From positions 1,650,001 through 1,682,000 of the forward strand of contig NC_007335.2 in NCBI RefSeq assembly GCF_000012465.1: a DNA stretch of 32,000 bases, read 5' to 3'. This DNA comes from Prochlorococcus marinus str. NATL2A (GTDB lineage: Bacteria; Cyanobacteriota; Cyanobacteriia; PCC-6307; Cyanobiaceae). A program made the translations under genes and the position numbers. The notes under the pieces are model-generated. The model ran no database searches. It saw only the letters and a list, made by a program, of their open reading frames with translations, and had not been told where the DNA came from. Positions 29,245 to 32,000 of the stretch are shown piece by piece. The number at the start of each line of letters is the position of its first letter. Positions within the stretch are counted from its first letter, which is position 1.

Positions 29245-29466
29245 TTAAAAATTTTGTTCATTCATATCTTTTTTTATCTCTAGAAACAACATTCTTCGTC
29301 TCCGAAATCTTCTAACCGCACCAGTAAAAACCAATCCACTGCCTACAACTAAAGCAGGTATGGCTTGGATTTTATCTTTGCCCTCTCTATGTAAAAAGCC
29401 TGTAATTGCTAATAAAATTAGCAAAGGTGCTGAAATTGAGATTAATGGGTTGCCCAATCTGTTCAT
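29245..29466 (-). CDS. Hypothetical small membrane protein: two predicted TM helices and an Arg-rich segment (RRFRRRR)
   Basis: 73-codon ORF with an ATG start 11 nt downstream of the M20 hydrolase stop on the same strand. Hydrophobic stretches are APLLILLAITGFL and IPALVVGSGLVFTGAV. The call rests on ORF context only. Confidence 0.45.
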   Translation of the reverse strand: MNRLGNPLISISAPLLILLAITGFLHREGKDKIQAIPALVVGSGLVFTGAVRRFRRRRMLFLEIKKDMNEQNF

Positions 29467-29477
29467 AAAATCAGCAA

Positions 29478-30662
29478 CTAAATGTTTTGGAGGGTTTTAG
29501 ATGCCATGACTAATGTTTGAGACAAAATTTTTATTCCTAATTCTAGGCTTCTTTCATCCAAAGAAAAGTTTCCACTGTGCAATGGAGCACAACCTTTATT
29601 GCCAGCCACTCCTAATCTAAACATCGTGCCTGAAACATCTTGCAAGAAGAAAGCAAAATCTTCAGCTCCTAATGACGGATTTTCTAAATAAACAATATTT
29701 TCTTCATCCATAAAATTCTTCGCACAGGTAGATAACAAACTAGTCAACTCTGGATCGTTATAAACTGGAGGCGCGATCGACTTGAATTTTATATTCGCCT
29801 TACCTCCGTAAGTAGAGGCTATATTTTGTACTATTTTCTCAATCCATTGAGGCAATTTTTCATAAAGGTTGTTATCAAGACACCTTACTGTGCCTAGAAG
29901 CTTAACCCTCTCAGCAATTACATTGAAAGCACTACCTCCTGAAATCTTCCCAAAGCTAATAACTACGGGCTTAAGAGCATCTAAACGTCTACTAATAGCC
30001 TCTTGAAGTCCACTAATAACTTTTGCAGAAATCCAAATTGAATCTATGCCTTCATGTGGTCTGGCTCCATGCCCTCCATCACCAATAATCTCTATTTCCA
30101 ATTCAGCCGCGGCAGCTGTAAAAGTACCAGTTCTTATTCCAATCTTGCCAACTGACAAATCTGGATAAACATGCACACCAAAAAGAGCTTGAACACCTTC
30201 AAGAACCTTTTCAGCTCTCATCCAATTTGCACCTTGGGCAATCTCTTCAGCAGGTTGAAAAATGATTCGGATTCGAGAATTTGTAAATTTGTTTTTTGCT
30301 AATACTTTAGCCACCCCCAAACCAATACAAGTATGTAGATCATGGCCACAGGCATGCATCAGGCCTTGAATTGAAGATGAATATTCTAAACCTGTTCTCT
30401 CCTCAATTGGCAAAGCATCCATATCAACTCGTAAGCCAACAACAGGTCCGCTTTTGTTACCCATTTCAGCTACTACTCCCGTTTTGCCAACTGCTTCTTT
30501 TACATCCCACCCTGATTTTCTAAGCTCCCCTGCAACAAGAGCAGCAGTTTGATATTCCTGACCGCTTAGCTCTGGATGAGCATGGAGATGACGACGTAAT
30601 TGAATTAAATCAGGCAGTATATCCTTGGTTAAAACGTCAATTTTTTTTCCTAAATCTTTCAT
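29478..30662 (-). CDS. M20/M40 family amidohydrolase (N-acyl-L-amino-acid amidohydrolase / hippurate hydrolase-like)
   Basis: 394 aa with LRRHLHAHPELSGQE, RVDMDALP, HACGHDLH and metal-ligand contexts typical of the M20D subfamily. Its ATG overlaps the upstream TPR gene stop (ATGA). Confidence 0.85.
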   Translation of the reverse strand: MKDLGKKIDVLTKDILPDLIQLRRHLHAHPELSGQEYQTAALVAGELRKSGWDVKEAVGKTGVVAEMGNKSGPVVGLRVDMDALPIEERTGLEYSSSIQGLMHACGHDLHTCIGLGVAKVLAKNKFTNSRIRIIFQPAEEIAQGANWMRAEKVLEGVQALFGVHVYPDLSVGKIGIRTGTFTAAAAELEIEIIGDGGHGARPHEGIDSIWISAKVISGLQEAISRRLDALKPVVISFGKISGGSAFNVIAERVKLLGTVRCLDNNLYEKLPQWIEKIVQNIASTYGGKANIKFKSIAPPVYNDPELTSLLSTCAKNFMDEENIVYLENPSLGAEDFAFFLQDVSGTMFRLGVAGNKGCAPLHSGNFSLDERSLELGIKILSQTLVMASKTLQNI

Positions 30663-31447
30663 CTATCATCCAATGCAAGAAATGCAATCAAATCATTTGT
30701 AGGTTTTGGAGGCCAACGGCGAATATTCAACAACCATTCTTTCTCTCGATATCGAATATCTAATCCAGCAGCCGCAGCCCAATTACTTTCAGCTTCACCT
30801 AAGAAGCCTTTACTCCATAGAAGAGCACTTAATGCTGCTCTCGCATCTGCGAATAAAGGATATTTACGGATTAATATTCTGATTTTCTTTTCAGCGAGTT
30901 CAAGATCGCCCAATTGATAAATCGCTAGCGCCTCACTAGACCTAGCCATAGCTATTGCATTGTTTGACGAGGCAGCTTGAGCAAACAATTTCTTCGCTTC
31001 ACTCCAATTATCCATGGAACCCATCACATTACCTAAGTTATATAAAGCTGAAACATCTTTAGGATTATTTTTTAAAACATAGTTGTAATCTTTACTGGCG
31101 TCCTCCCAACGCTGCAAAGCTTCTTCAGCAATTCCTCTATTCAGATAAGGGTCTAAATCTTCAGGCGAAATTTCAATAGCCTTAGTTTGATCTTTTATAG
31201 CTCCTTTAGGATCACCAAGTGCGAGACGAATATTACCTCTATTACTCAAGGCAGCCGCATCATCTGGGTAATCATTTAAATAAGAACTCCAATCTTTTTC
31301 AGCTCGAATGAAATCTCCTTCTTTACTTTCTTGAAGGGCTTTCTCGAATAAAACTTTAGGAAGCACTTTAGCTTGGGTCGACAATGGCACGAAAACAAAA
31401 ATAATAGAAAGTAAAAGTAGAACTTTTACAACTCTTCCCAAAATCAT
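30659..31447 (-). CDS. TPR-repeat protein with an N-terminal signal or anchor sequence
   Basis: 262 aa. The hydrophobic N-terminus [20 protein letters not shown] is followed by several 34-residue TPR-like units (e.g. [60 protein letters not shown]). Its ATG overlaps the ruvB stop (ATGA). Confidence 0.8.
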   Translation of the reverse strand: MILGRVVKVLLLLSIIFVFVPLSTQAKVLPKVLFEKALQESKEGDFIRAEKDWSSYLNDYPDDAAALSNRGNIRLALGDPKGAIKDQTKAIEISPEDLDPYLNRGIAEEALQRWEDASKDYNYVLKNNPKDVSALYNLGNVMGSMDNWSEAKKLFAQAASSNNAIAMARSSEALAIYQLGDLELAEKKIRILIRKYPLFADARAALSALLWSKGFLGEAESNWAAAAGLDIRYREKEWLLNIRRWPPKPTNDLIAFLALDDR

Positions 31448-32000
31448 TTATCTATATTATTTGGGGAAGTTAGTAAATAATGTTTTTTAGCTGCTGGAGT
31501 AACAACCCTTCCCCTAGAAGTTCTGTGTAAAAAACCAATTTGCATTAGATAAGGCTCAACTACAGTTTCAAGGGTCGTTGAATCCTCTCCAAGTCCAGCA
31601 GCCAAAGTCTCAAGCCCTACTGGGCCTCCTTGATATTGATTTACTAACAAGCCTATATAACTTCTATCTGTTGCATCTAGACCTCTTTGATCCACACGAT
31701 GTAGATCAAGTGCATCGTTCACAACTTCAACATCGATCTTCTTTGAATGAGAATACACTTCTGCATAATCTCTAACTCTTCGTATGAGCCTATTTGCAAT
31801 CCGAGGAGTACCTCGACATCTTTTGGCTAATTGTTGAGATGCTTCCTCTGAAATTACTAAATTAATAAGTTTCGCAGATCTTTTAATTATATTTTCAAGG
31901 TCCAAATAATTGTAAAAATCTAGTCGCTGAGTTATACCAAAACGATCTCGCATAGGGGAGCTTAATGCTGCAGGTTTTGTTGTAGCACCTACTAAGGTAA
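31444..32000 (-). CDS. ruvB: Holliday junction branch-migration helicase RuvB, C-terminal part (5' end lies outside the window)
   Basis: The frame stays open to base 32000, reading [21 protein letters not shown] before and through the ORF-track Met, so that Met is internal. RuvB segments follow: [17 protein letters not shown] and [15 protein letters not shown]. Confidence 0.9.
   Translation of the reverse strand, partial: TLVGATTKPAALSSPMRDRFGITQRLDFYNYLDLENIIKRSAKLINLVISEEASQQLAKRCRGTPRIANRLIRRVRDYAEVYSHSKKIDVEVVNDALDLHRVDQRGLDATDRSYIGLLVNQYQGGPVGLETLAAGLGEDSTTLETVVEPYLMQIGFLHRTSRGRVVTPAAKKHYLLTSPNNIDK

Noticed and set aside
29053-29283. A plus-strand 76-aa ORF, and a separate 22-codon ORF (ATG at 29073) preceded by a perfect AAGGAG, both antisense to the thiC leader.
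   Set aside because: Both overlap the TPP riboswitch and its expression platform. The AAGGAG is simply the complement of the CUCCUU pyrimidine block in the thiC leader. There is no other support for a plus-strand gene here. It would be worth a glance in ribosome-profiling data, but I do not call it.

Overview
This is a low-GC segment (upper-30s % G+C by eye) of a marine picocyanobacterial chromosome. Gene content and order look like core genome of a low-light Prochlorococcus (SS120-like); that assignment is inferred from gene content, not from a search. I support 31 protein-coding genes, two of them cut by the window edges, plus tRNA-Arg(CCU), RNase P RNA (rnpB), a TPP riboswitch ahead of thiC and one clear intrinsic-terminator hairpin. 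The genes are mostly housekeeping: purM, the panC-cmk fusion, the ho1-pebA-pebB bilin operon, icd, glgP, rnc, ndhS, rimM, manC, glmS, psaC, acpP-fabF-tktA, thiC and ruvB. Packing is tight, with several 4-bp ATGA overlaps and one 11-bp convergent overlap. I found no CRISPR array, transposase, integrase, phage gene, toxin-antitoxin pair or recognisable defence gene, so I cannot claim a clear novel system here. The best lead is a co-directional minus-strand block at about 8.4-12.9 kb. There a DUF1537-type acid-sugar kinase sits 30 nt downstream of an FMN-dependent 2-hydroxy-acid oxidase and lacks its usual pathway partners. Secondary observations:
- psaC has a TTG start codon.
- tRNA-Arg and rnpB lie head-to-head, 5' ends 33 bp apart, around a quasi-palindrome.
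- The first 110 nt of glgP are 56% G+C.
- Three orphan ORFs have no recognisable family.
- Several intergenic inverted or direct repeats sit next to start codons.

Most findings are modest and scored accordingly.
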